DNA of 64,000 nt from an uncultured delta proteobacterium (GCA_963841435.1 CAWJCS010000003.1:672001-736000), one strand, 5' to 3'; positions 52,906-63,042 are shown, counted from the first letter of the stretch. The notes: generated from the letters alone by a model not told the origin. Numbers and translations: made by a program.

Positions 52906-54372
52906 ATGACCGACCATGCCGTCGTGATCGCGGGAGGAGGCCCGACGGGGCTGATGTTGGCGGCGGAGCTCGCGCTTGCGAAGGTCGACGTCGTCATCGT
53001 CGAGCGGCGCCAAGGCCAGTACCTCGAAGGCTCGCGCGCAGGCGGACTGCATTCGCGCACCATCGAGGTGCTCGATCAGCGTGGCGTCGCCGATCGCTTC
53101 ATCTCAGAAGGGCAGGTCATGCAGGTTGCGGGCTTCGCGATGATCCCCCTCGACATCAGTGACTTTCCGACTCGCCACCACTACGGGCTCGCGCTGGCGC
53201 AGAAGCACATCGAGCGCATCCTCGCCGCTTGGGTCACCGAGCTTTCGGTACCGATCCATCGCGGACTCGAAGTGACGGGGCTTGCCCAGGACGACACGGG
53301 TGTCGATGTCGAGGTGTCCGACGGGCGTTTGCTCCGGGCGCAGTACCTCGTCGGGTGCGACGGCGGTCGCAGCGTGATCCGCAAGCAAGCCGGCATCGCT
53401 TTCCCGGGGTGGGACCCGTCGGTGAGTTACTTGATTGCCGACGCCGAGATGGCCGAAGAGCCAGCGTGGGGCGTGCGCCTTGGTGAAAAGGGTGTCAATG
53501 CCCTGGGCAAGCGCGAGGGCGGGAAACGCGTGGGCGTCGTGTTGGTCGAGCCGCGCGTCGTAGACGGCGACGAGCCGACTTTGGACGACCTTCGCGGGGC
53601 GCTCATCGCCGTCTACGGGACCGACTTCGGAGCTCACGATGTCACGTGGCTCTCGAGGTTCACCGACGCGGCCCGGCAGGCGGCTTCCTACCGAGAGAAG
53701 CGCGTGCTCTTGGCCGGGGACGCGGCGCACGTGCATTCCCCGGCAGGCGGACAGGGACTCAACATCGGTGTGCAGGACGCCGTGAACTTGGGATGGAAGC
53801 TCGGCCAAGTGGTCCGTGGCACGTCGCGGGAGACGCTGCTCGACACCTACCACGCCGAGCGACACCCGATCGGTGCGCGTGTGCTCGAGAACACCCTGGC
53901 GCATACGGCGCTCAGCCGCGGCGACGACCGGACGAACGCTCTGCGCAAGAACGTGTCCGAGCTGCTCGCGATGGACGAGCCCCGCAAGCGTTACGCCGCG
54001 ATGATGTCGGGGCTCGACATTCGCTACGATCTCGGCGAGGGACACCCGCTGCTCGGGCGCCGCATGCCCGATCTCGACCTGGGCACCGAGAGCGGCCCCC
54101 GGCGCGTGTTCACTCTGCTCCACGATGCCCGGCCGGTTCTGCTCGAGCTCGGTGAGCCCGGCGCCCTCGACATCGCTCCCTGGGTCGATCGCGTCGAGCG
54201 GGTCGACGCTCGCTACGCTGGTGCGTGGGAGCTCCCGGTGCTCGGCGCGGTCGCTGCTCCCACGGCCGTCCTGATCCGGCCCGACGGACACGTCGCGTGG
54301 GTCGGAGACGGCACGGACCACGGCCTCCGCGACGCCCTCACCACGTGGTGCGGACCGCCCACCGCGGCGTAG
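52906..54372 (+). CDS. FAD-dependent monooxygenase (aromatic hydroxylase / Rox-like family)
   Basis: GGGPTG, GCDGGRS, LAGDAAHVHSPAGGQGLN, LIRPDGHVAW. Confidence 0.93.
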   Translation: MTDHAVVIAGGGPTGLMLAAELALAKVDVVIVERRQGQYLEGSRAGGLHSRTIEVLDQRGVADRFISEGQVMQVAGFAMIPLDISDFPTRHHYGLALAQKHIERILAAWVTELSVPIHRGLEVTGLAQDDTGVDVEVSDGRLLRAQYLVGCDGGRSVIRKQAGIAFPGWDPSVSYLIADAEMAEEPAWGVRLGEKGVNALGKREGGKRVGVVLVEPRVVDGDEPTLDDLRGALIAVYGTDFGAHDVTWLSRFTDAARQAASYREKRVLLAGDAAHVHSPAGGQGLNIGVQDAVNLGWKLGQVVRGTSRETLLDTYHAERHPIGARVLENTLAHTALSRGDDRTNALRKNVSELLAMDEPRKRYAAMMSGLDIRYDLGEGHPLLGRRMPDLDLGTESGPRRVFTLLHDARPVLLELGEPGALDIAPWVDRVERVDARYAGAWELPVLGAVAAPTAVLIRPDGHVAWVGDGTDHGLRDALTTWCGPPTAA

Positions 54373-54512
54373 AACGAATAGTCCCTGCAAAAAAACAGCG
54401 AAAGCAAAATCCCTCGGCTGATCATTTTCGGTTCAACCGCGATTTTGGGGAGCGCGGCGGATGCTCTTGGTCAACTGTATCGGGGCCCGCCGCCAAAACG
54501 CCGACCAGAAAT

Positions 54513-55808
54513 ATGCACAGGATCTCTCACGCTTCTCGTTCTCGTCCCGCACGCCGCATCGTCGTCTGGGGATGCGCGACGGCGTCGTTTGCAGCGCTGC
54601 TCTCCGCCGTGGGCTGTGTCAGCGGGGACGCCGAGCCGCTCGATTCGGTCGGCGCAGCCGCGGGCAGTGGGAACAGGGCGGGCACGGGCTCGGCGGGCCT
54701 TTCGGGCAACGGCGGTGCAAGCGGCAGCGGCGGTACCGCGGGCACGACGGGAGGCGGTGCCGGGACCGGGGGCAGCGGGTCAGGCAGCGGCGGTGCGTTC
54801 GCAGGTAGCGGAGGGAGCGGTGGTGCCCTGGCAGGCGGCGCCGGGATGAGCAGCGGTGGCGCCGGCGCAGGCAGCGGCGGAACGAATGGCGGCATCGGTG
54901 GCGCGGGCAGCGGCGGCACCGGTGGCGCGGGCAGCGGCGGTGCGAGTGGCGGCGCCGGCGTGAGTGGCGGCGGGGGTACGGCTGGCAAGCCCTGCGTGGA
55001 CGTCGAGCCGCCTCCGGATCCGACGTGGCCGGACGCGACGTGCGAAAGCTGGGCCACCGAAACGACCGAGTGCACCGCCACGTGGTTCGCCCAGTATTGC
55101 GACGTGAGCTGTGGCCGCTGCATGCCGGAAGGCGGCGCTGGAACCGGGGGCGCGACCGGCGTGGATTGCTCGACGCAGGGCCTGCCGAACGTCACCGGGG
55201 GGAACGGCTATGCGACGCGCTACTGGGACTGCTGCCAGACGCATTGCGCCCAGTTCGACGGTCATCGCTGTGGCCAGGACGGCGTCTCGAGCACCGGGGA
55301 CATGAACAGCGCCTGCTCGGGTGGAGGCTCCTTCGCCTGCTACGACGAGGCGCCGCATGCCGTCTCCGACTGCCTCTCGTACGGATACATCGCCAAGTCC
55401 AATCCCAACTGTGGCGGGTGCTACCGCATCCAGTTCACGGGCGAAGGACAGTACAGCGCGACCGACCCGGGCTCGAAGCTCATCAAGGGCAAACAAATGA
55501 TCGTCAAGGTGAGCAACACCGGCGGCGACGTGGCAAATAACCAGTTCGACTTGATGATCCCCGGTGGTGGTGTGGGCCAAAACAACGCCTGCTCGAAACA
55601 ATGGAACACGAGCGACCTCGGCGCCCAGTACGGGGGTTTCCTGACGAATTGCACGGGCAGCCATTCGCAGAAGAAGGACTGCGTGCGGCAGAACTGCATG
55701 AAGATCCCCGCGGGGGCCGCGCGCGACGGTTGCATCTGGTTCATCGACTGGTTCGAGGTGGCGGACAATCCGAAGTTCACCTCCGAGTCCACCAACTGCC
55801 CCTTCTGA
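54513..55808 (+). CDS. GH45 endoglucanase lipoprotein with Gly linker and small 6-Cys module
   Basis: Lipobox AVGC; TRYWDCC, CGGCY, FDLMIPGGGVG, GAQYGG, DWFEVADNP. Confidence 0.93.
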   Translation: MHRISHASRSRPARRIVVWGCATASFAALLSAVGCVSGDAEPLDSVGAAAGSGNRAGTGSAGLSGNGGASGSGGTAGTTGGGAGTGGSGSGSGGAFAGSGGSGGALAGGAGMSSGGAGAGSGGTNGGIGGAGSGGTGGAGSGGASGGAGVSGGGGTAGKPCVDVEPPPDPTWPDATCESWATETTECTATWFAQYCDVSCGRCMPEGGAGTGGATGVDCSTQGLPNVTGGNGYATRYWDCCQTHCAQFDGHRCGQDGVSSTGDMNSACSGGGSFACYDEAPHAVSDCLSYGYIAKSNPNCGGCYRIQFTGEGQYSATDPGSKLIKGKQMIVKVSNTGGDVANNQFDLMIPGGGVGQNNACSKQWNTSDLGAQYGGFLTNCTGSHSQKKDCVRQNCMKIPAGAARDGCIWFIDWFEVADNPKFTSESTNCPF

Positions 55809-55997
55809 GTCGCGCGCGTCGTCGAGCCCGGTATCGGCGGCAACCCAGGCCGCGACGGCGTTCGACGCGTAACCCCTCCACGAGCGGCGTAGGGGAAGTG
55901 AACGCCGAAATAATCCGAAGAACGAAAGAATGGGCAAAGAAGCACCCGGCAGCTGACTTTCTGACCGGGTGGCAGCTGGTCTGTTTACTGGCGTCGT

Positions 55998-56399
55998 ATG
56001 CAGGAGAGAAGCTCCCTGTCCCCTGATGCCATTTTTTTGATCTTCGTGCCGTGGGCCATCGTCCTGGTGTTGGGCACTCGAAGCGCGCTCTCCTTTCCGA
56101 GAGCTGCCGCTAGGTATCCACTGTGGACGTATCTGAGAATCCTCGATCCCGTGTCTCGCCGCTGGGAGCGGGACGTTGCCCCGGAACACATCCGAGCCTT
56201 GCGGGTGTTCCGACGTTGGAACGTCGCAACGATCACTGCATGTGTGGTGCTGGTGGTGACCGGCTCTATCTACGGCGTTAGGATGCGGAACAAGGGCGAG
56301 CGGATGCTTCAAGAAGAACTCGAATATCAAAGGCATTTGGTTGGGGCTCCGGGGAAACACAAGGGAAGCTCCACGGCTGGACGAGGAGCGCTCCATTGA
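55998..56399 (+). CDS. Two-TM hypothetical protein, lower GC
   Basis: Two hydrophobic helices; codon usage visibly less GC-rich than neighbours. Confidence 0.5.
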   Translation: MQERSSLSPDAIFLIFVPWAIVLVLGTRSALSFPRAAARYPLWTYLRILDPVSRRWERDVAPEHIRALRVFRRWNVATITACVVLVVTGSIYGVRMRNKGERMLQEELEYQRHLVGAPGKHKGSSTAGRGALH

Positions 56400-56597
56400 G
56401 CGTCAGCGCCGAGGATCATCCCGGCCAAGACGCGGCAGCGGGAGCACGCATGTTCGACATGATGCTCATCCGCGGACACCCATCGGAGCCCGACCAAGTA
56501 GAGGTTGACGGTTCGCTCGCGGCGCGCCGCGAAGACGGGAAGCTCGTGATCGTCGAGGGCGCGAGACCCTGGCAGAACGGCGAGTAGGGCCGCCGGC

Positions 56598-56729
56598 CTA
56601 CCTGGGGAAGTAGCTCGTAGCGCGGCGCTGTCCCGTCGTGCGGATCGCCTTCGCGTCCCAGAGCTTGCCGATCGGTAGCGCGAGATCCTTCGTGCTGACG
56701 TTCATGGCCCTGCCGATTTGTTCGATGCG
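56598..56729 (-). pseudogene. C-terminal remnant of a small winged-helix DNA-binding protein
   Basis: RIEQIGRAMNVSTKDLALPIGKLWDAKAIRTTGQRRATSYFPR*; no N-terminus. Confidence 0.6.
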
Positions 56730-56731
56730 CT

Positions 56732-56773
56732 ACCGCCGCAGCTCGGGCAGACGCGATCGGCCTCGTCGAGCTC
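56732..56773 (-). mobile_element. Tiny IS66-like transposase zinc-finger remnant
   Basis: ELDEADRVCPSCGG resembles the TnpC zinc-finger start; only 14 codons long. Confidence 0.4.
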
Positions 56774-56852
56774 GTCATTGGTGCGTTCCGGCGTGCCTGC
56801 TTGGCGCTGTCGGCGATTGGCCTTACATCGGTCGCGTGCGACTCGGGCGGAG

Positions 56853-57080
56853 GTGACGGAGTCGTCCTACTTCGTTTCCAACACTCACCGGCTGCCGATG
56901 ACCGGCAACATCCTCATCCAGCCCGGAGGCAGCGCCATTAGGCCCGCCGTCGTCAAGGAAGTGGCGACCCAGGTCGCCGACGACGGAACGGTTGCGTTCG
57001 ATACGGTCGTGTTCTGACGCTGCCGCCGTTCGTGGTCACCAGCGCGCGCGACGTGGACTGGTTCCGGAGGGCGCACCGGG
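56853..57080 (+). pseudogene. Arylsulfotransferase-like C-terminal remnant
   Basis: SSYFVSNTHRLPMTGNILI...KEV...VVF, then WFRRAHR in another frame; compare YSPFWGDADRLENGNVL...YRA at 32.1-32.3 kb. Confidence 0.5.
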
Positions 57081-57222
57081 GTTGCGCGGGCCTGCGCTCG
57101 ATTTTCCTGCCAAGCAAATTCAAGGAGTTGCAGAGGTCTATCGCCATCGGGTGGGAGTGATTTCGTACGCTCCGGACGCCGACGTTCCCGCACGACTCGT
57201 CGTTGCGCTGTAAGGTAAAGGC

Positions 57223-59278
57223 TTGGTCGAAACGTTCGAGCTGAGCCAGCGCCGCATCCTCGAGAGAATTGCCCGTGGCGACGAACTGGGCGAGGTTCTC
57301 GCCGACGTTGCGCGGCTCATCGAGCAGCAAGCCGACGGGATGCTCTGCTCCATCCTGTTGCTCGACGACGGCGGCTCGTGTTTGCGCAACGGCGGGTCTC
57401 CGAGCCTCCCGCGTGATTACGTCGCGCAGCTGGAGGGGTTCCCCATCGGTCCAACCGCCGGCTCGTGCGGCGCCGCAGCGTTCCTCGGCGAACGCGTGAT
57501 CGTCGAAGACCTCGCCAGCCATCCGAACTGGGCCCCCTACAAACACCTCGTGTTGCCCTTGGGCCTGCGGGCGTGCTGGTCGTCGCCGATTTTTTCGCCG
57601 ACCGCCGAGGTGCTCGGCACGTTCGCGATCTACTACCGCGATCCGCGGGGACCGTCGGACCGCGAGCTCGCGTGGGTGGACGATGCCACCCAGCTCGCCT
57701 CGATTGCAATCATGCGCAGGCGAACCGACGAGCGCTTGCTGCGCACCGAGTCGCGGAACGCGATGATCCTCGAGAACGTCGACGACTCGGTCTTTTACGT
57801 CGGCGTCGAGGGACCGAATCTGTATCGCTTCCTCGCCGTCAACCGAGCCTTCGAGCGGACGACCGGCGTGAAAGCTGCTGACGTTGTCGGGCGCATCGTC
57901 ACCGAAGTCGTACCGGCGTCGTCGCACGCTCTCGTTCTCGGCAAATATGCCGAGGCAATCTCGACCCGCACCAAGGTCGCTTGGGAGGAAGTCGCGACGT
58001 ACCCGAGCGGCACGAAATCCGGTGAAGTCACGGTCTGCCCCATCTTCGACGCCGACGGTCGTTGCACGAACCTCGTCGGGACGGTCCACGACATCACGCC
58101 ACGCGTTGCGGCGGAGCGAGCGCGCAAACTGCTCGAGTCGAAGCTCGGCCAAGCGCAACGACTTCAAGCACTCGGAACGCTAGCGGGAGGCGTGGCGCAT
58201 GACTTCAACAATGTGCTGTCGGTGATCCTGAGCTACTCGGAGATGGCGCGCGACGAGCTACTGCCCAGCGAGCCCATGCGCACCACGATGGACGAGATCC
58301 ACACGGCGGCGATGCGAGCAGCCGAGATGACGCGGCAGCTCCTGGCATTCAGCCAGCAGCAGGTCGTCGTGCCGAGGGTTCTGAACCTCAATCAGGCCAT
58401 CGCCAGCATGCAACGCCTGCTCGTGCGTCTGCTCGGTGCCAGACGTCGTGGTCACGATACTGACCGAGCCGTCGCTCTCGAACGTGAGAGCCGATCCAGG
58501 GCAGCTCGAACAGATCGTGATGAACCTCGCCGTGAACGCGCGCGACGCGATGCCGCAAGGCGGCAAGCTCACGATCGAGACCTCGGACGTCGTATTGGAC
58601 GAGGACTACGCGCTCACGCATGTCGACGTGCAACCCGGTCGCTACGTCATGCTCGCCGTGACGGACACGGGGAGCGGGATGGATGCGGCGACACAAACCC
58701 GCATCTTCGAGCCGTTTTTCACGACGAAGCAGCGAGGCAAGGGCACGGGACTGGGGCTGGCGACCGTGTTCGGGATCGTCAAGCAGAGCGGCGGCAACGT
58801 CTGGGTTTACAGCGAGGCCGGTCAGGGCACGACCTTCAAGATCTACCTGCCAGTCGCCGACGCGGAAAGCGAAACCGTCGGACCCGAAAGCGTGCCGCCC
58901 GAGGTGCCGAACGGCACCGAGACGATCCTGCTCGTCGAAGACGACGACCAGGTGCGAGTGGTCGCGCGAGAAGTCCTTCGTGGGCGCGGATACGTGGTTC
59001 TCGATGCCTCCAACGCTGGCGAGGCCCTGCTGATCTGCGAGCAGCATGGCGGCAATTTGGACCTCCTGCTCACCGACGTCGTCATGCCGCGCATGAGCGG
59101 TCGGCAGCTTGCCGAGCGCTTGCGAGACCTGCGGCCCGCGATGAAGGTGCTGTTCATGTCCGGCTACACCGACGACGCCATCCTTCATCACGGCGTGCTC
59201 AACTCAGGCGTTCCGTTCTTGGAGAAGCCTCTCACGCCGATGGCGCTCCTCCGCAAAGTGCGAGAGACCCTGGGGTAG
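57223..59278 (+). CDS. Hybrid sensor histidine kinase (GAF, PAS, HisKA, HATPase, REC), frameshift near 58441
   Basis: [50 protein letters not shown]. Confidence 0.93.
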
Positions 59279-59281
59279 GCC

Positions 59282-60472
59282 ATGGATCAGGGGAAGCATG
59301 CCGATGCTCGACGGCAGGCGGGAGGAGACGAGATTCGCCTACTGCTCGTTGACGACGACCCTGCGGTTATCCGCGCCTACGGTAGCGCCCTCACGCGCCA
59401 CGGCGCCACCGTCGAGACCGCTTCCGACGGCATGGACGCCGCCGAGCAGGTGAAGGCTCGCTCGTTCGATGTGATCCTGAGCGACGTATCGATGCCCGGG
59501 ATGACGGGCATCGAGTTCCTCAGGGCCGTGCGCGCTCATGACCTAGACGTGCCGGTGATCCTCATGACCGGAGAACCCGAGTTGGAGTCGGCGATCCGTG
59601 CGGTCGAGTACGGCGCCTTTCGCTATCTGGCAAAGCCCGTCGGGGCACTGGAGCTCTGGGAGACGGTGGTCCGCGCCGCTCGGCTTCACGCGCTGGCAAA
59701 GCTCAAGCGCGAGGCGCTCGAGCTACCGGGTCGGGATGGGCGACGTCCGAGCGAGCGGGCGGCGCTCGAGGTCCTCTTCTCGCGGGGCATGAGCCTCTTG
59801 TGGATAGCCTGCCAGCCGATCATCGCGTGGCAAAAGCGACGGGTCTTCGGTTACGAGGCGCTGCTGCGCTCGGACGAGCCGTTGATGAGGAACCCCGCCG
59901 ACATGCTCGACGCAGCCGAGCGGCTCGGGCGCTTGCACGATCTCGGGCGCGCCGTCCGGGCTCGGGTCGCCGCAGCAGCGGCCGACGCTCCGGAGGGCGT
60001 CAAGCTGTTCGTGAACCTGCATTCGGCCGATATGAACGACGAGGAGCTGTACTCCGCGGACGCTCCGCTCTCGCAGATCGCCGCGCGGGTCGTGCTCGAA
60101 GTGACCGAGCGCGCGTCGCTCTACGGCGTGAAGAACCTCGCCGCGCGCGCCGGGGAGTTACAGGCGCTCGGCTTTCAGATCGCCATCGACGATCTCGGCG
60201 CCGGCTACGCGGGGCTCACGACCTTTACACAACTCGATCCGAACATCGCGAAGCTCGACATGTCGCTCGTACGCGGTGTCGACACCGATCCGCGGCGGCA
60301 GAGCATCGTCCGCTCGATGAAGAAGCTCTGCGACGAGCTTGGCATTCTCGTCGTCGCCGAGGGAGTCGAGACGGCGTCGGAGCGCGACATGCTCGTGGAG
60401 CTCGACTGCGATCTGCTCCAAGGCTACCTCTTCGCGAAACCCGCTCGGGGGTTCGACCCGCCGAGATGGTGA
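59282..60472 (+). CDS. Response regulator with EAL domain (c-di-GMP phosphodiesterase)
   Basis: REC (VDDD, DVSMP) plus EALLR, FVN, EVTE, DDLGAGY, KLD, EGVE, QGY. Confidence 0.93.
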   Translation: MDQGKHADARRQAGGDEIRLLLVDDDPAVIRAYGSALTRHGATVETASDGMDAAEQVKARSFDVILSDVSMPGMTGIEFLRAVRAHDLDVPVILMTGEPELESAIRAVEYGAFRYLAKPVGALELWETVVRAARLHALAKLKREALELPGRDGRRPSERAALEVLFSRGMSLLWIACQPIIAWQKRRVFGYEALLRSDEPLMRNPADMLDAAERLGRLHDLGRAVRARVAAAAADAPEGVKLFVNLHSADMNDEELYSADAPLSQIAARVVLEVTERASLYGVKNLAARAGELQALGFQIAIDDLGAGYAGLTTFTQLDPNIAKLDMSLVRGVDTDPRRQSIVRSMKKLCDELGILVVAEGVETASERDMLVELDCDLLQGYLFAKPARGFDPPRW

Positions 60473-60578
60473 GCTTTCACGCCGTTCTCGTCACGAACGA
60501 AGTGGGCGCGGTGCTCGGCGCGATGATCCGGCTCGACTCCACGAGCGCGCTCGCCGCGCTGGACGAGGAGAGGTGACG

Positions 60579-61253
60579 ATGCGCCCCAAGGCCTTGTTGT
60601 CGTGGAGCAGCGGCAAGGACAGCGCCTGGGCGCTGCACCTCTTGCGAGAACGAGGCGAGGTCGAGGTGGTCGGCCTCCTCACCACCATCAACCAAGTGCA
60701 CGACCGCGTCGCCATGCACGCCGTTCGTACGGAGCTGCTTCGCGCCCAAGCCCACGCCGCAAACCTCCCGCTCTGGCCAGTGCCCATCCCTTCCCCCTGT
60801 ACCAACGCACAATACGAGGAAGCGATGTCAGCAACGATTGTCCGCGCCCGCGCTTTCGGCATCTCCGTCATGGCGTTCGGCGATCTGTTCCTCGAGGACA
60901 TCCGGCGCTACCGCGAGGAAAAATTGGCGGGGACCAGTATCAGCCCTAGCTTCCCCGTTTGGGGGATCCCAACCGACGAGCTTGCGAGCGACATGATGTC
61001 CGCGGGCCTTCGCGCGAGACTCACCTGCGTGGATCCCAAACAGCTTTCGCCGGCGTTCGTTGGGCGCGACTTCGATGAGGCCTTCTTACGCGACCTCCCT
61101 CCGTCGGTCGATCCGTGCGGCGAACGCGGAGAGTTCCACTCCTTTGCCTACGCTGGCCCGATGTTTCGGAGTCCGGTGGCGATCAGAAACGGCGAAGTCG
61201 TCGAACGCGGCGGCTTCGTTTTCCAAGACCTGCTGCTCGCGGCGGGCGAATGA
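60579..61253 (+). CDS. PP-loop ATPase (diphthine-ammonia ligase / DUF71-like)
   Basis: SWSSGKDS, FGDLFLED, DPCGERGEFHS; RBS GAGGAGAGG. Confidence 0.92.
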   Translation: MRPKALLSWSSGKDSAWALHLLRERGEVEVVGLLTTINQVHDRVAMHAVRTELLRAQAHAANLPLWPVPIPSPCTNAQYEEAMSATIVRARAFGISVMAFGDLFLEDIRRYREEKLAGTSISPSFPVWGIPTDELASDMMSAGLRARLTCVDPKQLSPAFVGRDFDEAFLRDLPPSVDPCGERGEFHSFAYAGPMFRSPVAIRNGEVVERGGFVFQDLLLAAGE

Positions 61254-61327
61254 CGATCGCCCCCCAACGCATCGTCTCGTTGCTCGCGAGCGGAACCGAG
61301 CCCTGCGTTGCTCGCCGGGATCGCTAG
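61250..61327 (+). pseudogene. N-terminal stub of a BtuF-like cobalamin/iron-binding protein
   Basis: MTIAPQRIVSLLASGTE then breaks off; ATGA overlap with the PP-loop gene. Confidence 0.65.
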
Positions 61328-61328
61328 C

Positions 61329-62756
61329 TCAGAACTGCGCGATGAACTGCCAGGCCAGCGGCGGAATGAAGGCCTTCAGGCCATCGTCCCCCGTCGAGGT
61401 CCCGTCATCCACGGAGGAGGGGGTGTGCGGGCCGTCGAACGTGCACACTTTGACGGGATAACCCGCCTTGCACCCTTCGAAGTCATAGCAGACGTATTTC
61501 TTGCTACCCACCATCGCCGTCTGGATGTTCCCGGGGATCGTGCAGCCATTGTCCTCTGCGTGAGCGAGGACGCAGTATTTTCCGCCCTGCTTCGCCCCGT
61601 CGTTGCCGACCCACGGACAAGTGGTATCGCTCATGCCGGTTGTCCCCATGTACGCAATCGGCGCCGCATTCGTATCGGTCGGCTCACCCGGAAGATTGTA
61701 GTTGGCCGCTGCCATGGTGACGACCGCGCGCAGCTTCGTCTGACGCGTGATCGACAGGGCATAGGTCATCATCGCTCCGAAGCTGAAGCCCGTGGAAAAG
61801 ACTCGGCTGTCGTCGATGCACAGGTTCGCGTCGATGAGGGCGAGCAGGTCGTCGAACAGGACACTGTCTCGGTTGAAGTCCCATGGAAGATTGCCGACTC
61901 CCGCGGGCGCTACGAAGATGACGGGCTCGTTCGCCGCGGTCGCTTCGCGATGGAGCCCGTAATAGGCATAGTGCTCGGCGTCGAAGTTGGGACCATCCCC
62001 AGCGGGATGTAGGCCATTCGCATTGCCGGTGTCCGAACCATACGCCTGGTACCAGGAAAAGATCAGACGATACGGGTGCGTCGGATCGTAATTCGCCGGA
62101 ATGTCGACGATGTATTCGCGACTCATTCCGCCGCTCATGATCGTGAGTTTGGTCGACGTGGGAAGACCGCTCATGACCGACGAGCCACCCATGGTCAGCT
62201 TTTGCGCGCCATCCATGACGCCACAGCCTTTGCTCGGAACCGCCGCGCCGTTGCCTCCCGCACCTGCCGCGCCCCCGCTGCCGCTGGTGCCCGCGAGCCC
62301 CCCGCCCCCGGCCGCGCCCGCAGCGCCGCCCGCAGCGCCGCCTCCGCCGGCCATGCCCGCCGAGCCGGCCATGCCCGCGCCGCCCCCGCCTCCGATCCCG
62401 GAGCCCCCGCTGCCGCCGACTGTCGTCCCTGCCGCGCCCCCAATGCCTCCCTGGCCGGTGCCCCCAATCCCGCCGGTGCCCGCTACGCCACCGGTTCCCG
62501 CTCCGCTGCTCCCACCACTACCTGCCGCGCCGCCGACGGCGCCAGCGCCGCCCGTTCCCGAGCTCCCGCCTGTTGCCGTGGAGCCGGCCTGACCCGACGC
62601 GCCGCCGCTGCTCGGTGCGCCACCACTCGCGGGAGGGGGTGAGCTCTCAATGGCACAAGCGCTCCCGAGCGCGGCGAAGAGGGGCAATAGGCTCAGAGCG
62701 CGGCGTTTGGGTGGGTGCAAATAGCCTCGCGGAAACGTCTTCGACTGCGTATGCAT
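61329..62756 (-). CDS. Esterase lipoprotein (CE1 / feruloyl esterase-like)
   Basis: Lipobox GSAC, Gly linker, PSKGCG, YRLIF, LCIDDSRVFSTGFSFGAMM, CTFDGPH. Confidence 0.9.
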   Translation of the reverse strand: MHTQSKTFPRGYLHPPKRRALSLLPLFAALGSACAIESSPPPASGGAPSSGGASGQAGSTATGGSSGTGGAGAVGGAAGSGGSSGAGTGGVAGTGGIGGTGQGGIGGAAGTTVGGSGGSGIGGGGGAGMAGSAGMAGGGGAAGGAAGAAGGGGLAGTSGSGGAAGAGGNGAAVPSKGCGVMDGAQKLTMGGSSVMSGLPTSTKLTIMSGGMSREYIVDIPANYDPTHPYRLIFSWYQAYGSDTGNANGLHPAGDGPNFDAEHYAYYGLHREATAANEPVIFVAPAGVGNLPWDFNRDSVLFDDLLALIDANLCIDDSRVFSTGFSFGAMMTYALSITRQTKLRAVVTMAAANYNLPGEPTDTNAAPIAYMGTTGMSDTTCPWVGNDGAKQGGKYCVLAHAEDNGCTIPGNIQTAMVGSKKYVCYDFEGCKAGYPVKVCTFDGPHTPSSVDDGTSTGDDGLKAFIPPLAWQFIAQF

Positions 62757-63008
62757 CTCGTTAATGCTCTCACCTGCCGCGAGCCGGGCGGTTGTTCATG
62801 GATATTTCGGCACAAGCCGGGTGGGGCCCGCGTTGCTGCGAATTTCGTCCGCTCACCCGGCAAGATTCCTAGCAACCGAAGCTGGTGGCTGGTTTTCGAC
62901 AGGGTTCGCAGCGAGGCCGTCATGGTCAGACCGCGGGCCGCTGCGCACACCGCGGGTCTGATCGGGACGGAGAGCAGGCCGTGGGACGCCCTTTGGGGGC
63001 CCGCGTCG

Positions 63009-63042
63009 TGTCTCAGACGGCCTACTTCCTGTCTCAGACGGC
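63009..63042. repeat. 13-bp direct repeat TGTCTCAGACGGC x2, 21-bp period
   Basis: Copies at 63009-63021 and 63030-63042, each with a palindromic core GTCT-C-AGAC. Confidence 0.8.

Noticed and set aside
52906-54372. Rifampin monooxygenase (rox) assignment
   Set aside because: Family-level similarity only. No rifamycin-associated palindrome in the short upstream gap, so the substrate cannot be inferred.
60467-60577. Short ORF MVSFHAVLVTNE...DEER between the EAL and PP-loop genes
   Set aside because: Too short to assign; may be a remnant.
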